From IMG/VR virus record IMGVR_UViG_3300044708_000053, positions 604 to 64,603 of that record: a stretch of DNA of 64,000 nt; one strand, written 5' to 3'. The DNA comes from a virus (taxonomy: Duplodnaviria; Caudoviricetes). A program made the translations under genes and the position numbers. This document shows positions 62,865-64,000 of this stretch, one piece after another (within the stretch, counting starts at the first letter, position 1; every line of letters begins with the position of its first letter). The notes beneath the pieces are model-generated. The model had not been told where the DNA came from. It worked only from the letters and a program-made list of their open reading frames with translations, and did no database searches.

Positions 62865-63967
62865 GCCATTATCTCCGTGTACTTCTTTACTAATTGCAAT
62901 CTTATTACGCCGCTCTTGAGATCTTTTGTCAGGCGAATCGGAGAATGCAGATGTGGGTATTTTGGGTACGCGGTAATCGACGCGTAAGGCTTTCCGTCAA
63001 CAAAGACTTGATAGGACTGTGAGGCTATTTCGGTGACCAATGGCTCATTATAATCCCCTAAACGTATATCAGTAATTTCAGGCTTAACTACAAGGCGGAT
63101 ATCGCCACTGGAAACAATTAGTTTCCGGCCAATGTATAATTCTGTCACCTTAATCGCAGTTGCGTAGTCGAGCATTGAGGTTCCCTCACTGCAATATCAA
63201 CGTGGGCTCAGGTGGTGGAATAATCTTACTCCCCCGCAACAACTCCGACTGCTCCTCGGTAAGCGGTTGAATAGCCCAACTAACTTGAGCCGCAGTCGCA
63301 ATGAAGCAATACTCCTGCCCGCACTTGAAACAGCGAATCGGCTTCTCATGCGGGGCGATGACGACTGAGGCGCGCAAATCATTCAGCACGCCGGGATCGG
63401 GAGGGGTAACAGAGAAGCGCTGACTGCATTTGGGGCAGGTGAAGGGGAATTTGTTCGAGTCTGACATTGGATTACTTTCGTTGCTGTAAATCTTCGCGCA
63501 GTTTATTGATCTGAAGTCGCCTGCTACACGTATCACTGATATTGCAAAGTATTAACGCCATAAGAATCACACAGACCGCGGTTATCACGTCGTTCAGTGT
63601 TGCCGGTCTATCGTCGTCGCTCATCTTCTCTCACTCTCTAACTGGCCTACCCGACGCTGAAGGTCGCGAGTTTCACTGCGCAATACGCGAATAGTAAGTA
63701 CCAATAGTGCCACTACTGATAAAAATATAAGCATTGGTTCCCACCATGCCGCGTATCTGCGATCCAGATCACTCACAACGCTCCTCCCTCTGTGCATCGT
63801 GGACATTCGCGCGGATCGTTTGTGTGCCCTGATGACTTACATTCAGAACAGATCGTAGCGAAGCGCTGGCCCGCAAATCGACTCCCGCAATGTCTGCATC
63901 GAGCGTTCTTTGGGCGATTGTCGATGATCGGGATGCTCGCCGATTGCTCAGAAACCTGCTCCTGCAC
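62861..63967 (-). other. Small hypothetical ORFs (62861-63175; 63186-63536 Zn-ribbon; 63621-63806 TM; 63773-63967 Zn-finger)
   Basis: Coupled minus-strand ORFs, several with CxxC pairs. Confidence 0.55.
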
Positions 63968-64000
63968 CTGCGGTGTGTCATGTCTTTCGCGTTGCTGACT

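Noticed and set aside
1190-63998. Numerous plus-strand and out-of-frame ORFs in the track (for example 2199-2855, 13791-14339, 24775-25275, 49570-50067)
   Set aside because: Shadow ORFs antisense to well-supported genes, with no motifs or RBS.

Overview
The window is most of a tailed-phage genome of siphovirus type (HK97-fold head, long non-contractile tail), opened inside the head module. Terminase, portal and a MuF-like gene sit at 0.3-4.9 kb, and protease, capsid and tail genes at 35-58 kb. Nearly all genes are on the minus strand. A divergent sigma70-type promoter pair at 31.3 kb drives a long leftward early/replication operon and a short rightward block (31.4-34.9 kb). I recognise no integrase, DNA polymerase, endolysin, tRNA, CRISPR array or reverse transcriptase. 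Main hunt results: (1) four intergenic regions that fold by hand into extensive RNA structures (10.75-10.92, 22.0-22.3, 31.17-31.28, 33.07-33.47 kb), plus several terminators inside the late operon, suggesting an RNA-based regulatory system; (2) a glycosylation module inside the head operon, including a GT4 that appears fused to a small capsid-associated domain; (3) a candidate +1 frameshift at TTT_CGT in the tail chaperone; (4) an early protein with a SufB/SufD C-terminal-like motif; (5) a LexA DNA-binding-domain-only protein. All product calls come from motif recognition by eye; no database search or folding program was run. The host is unknown.
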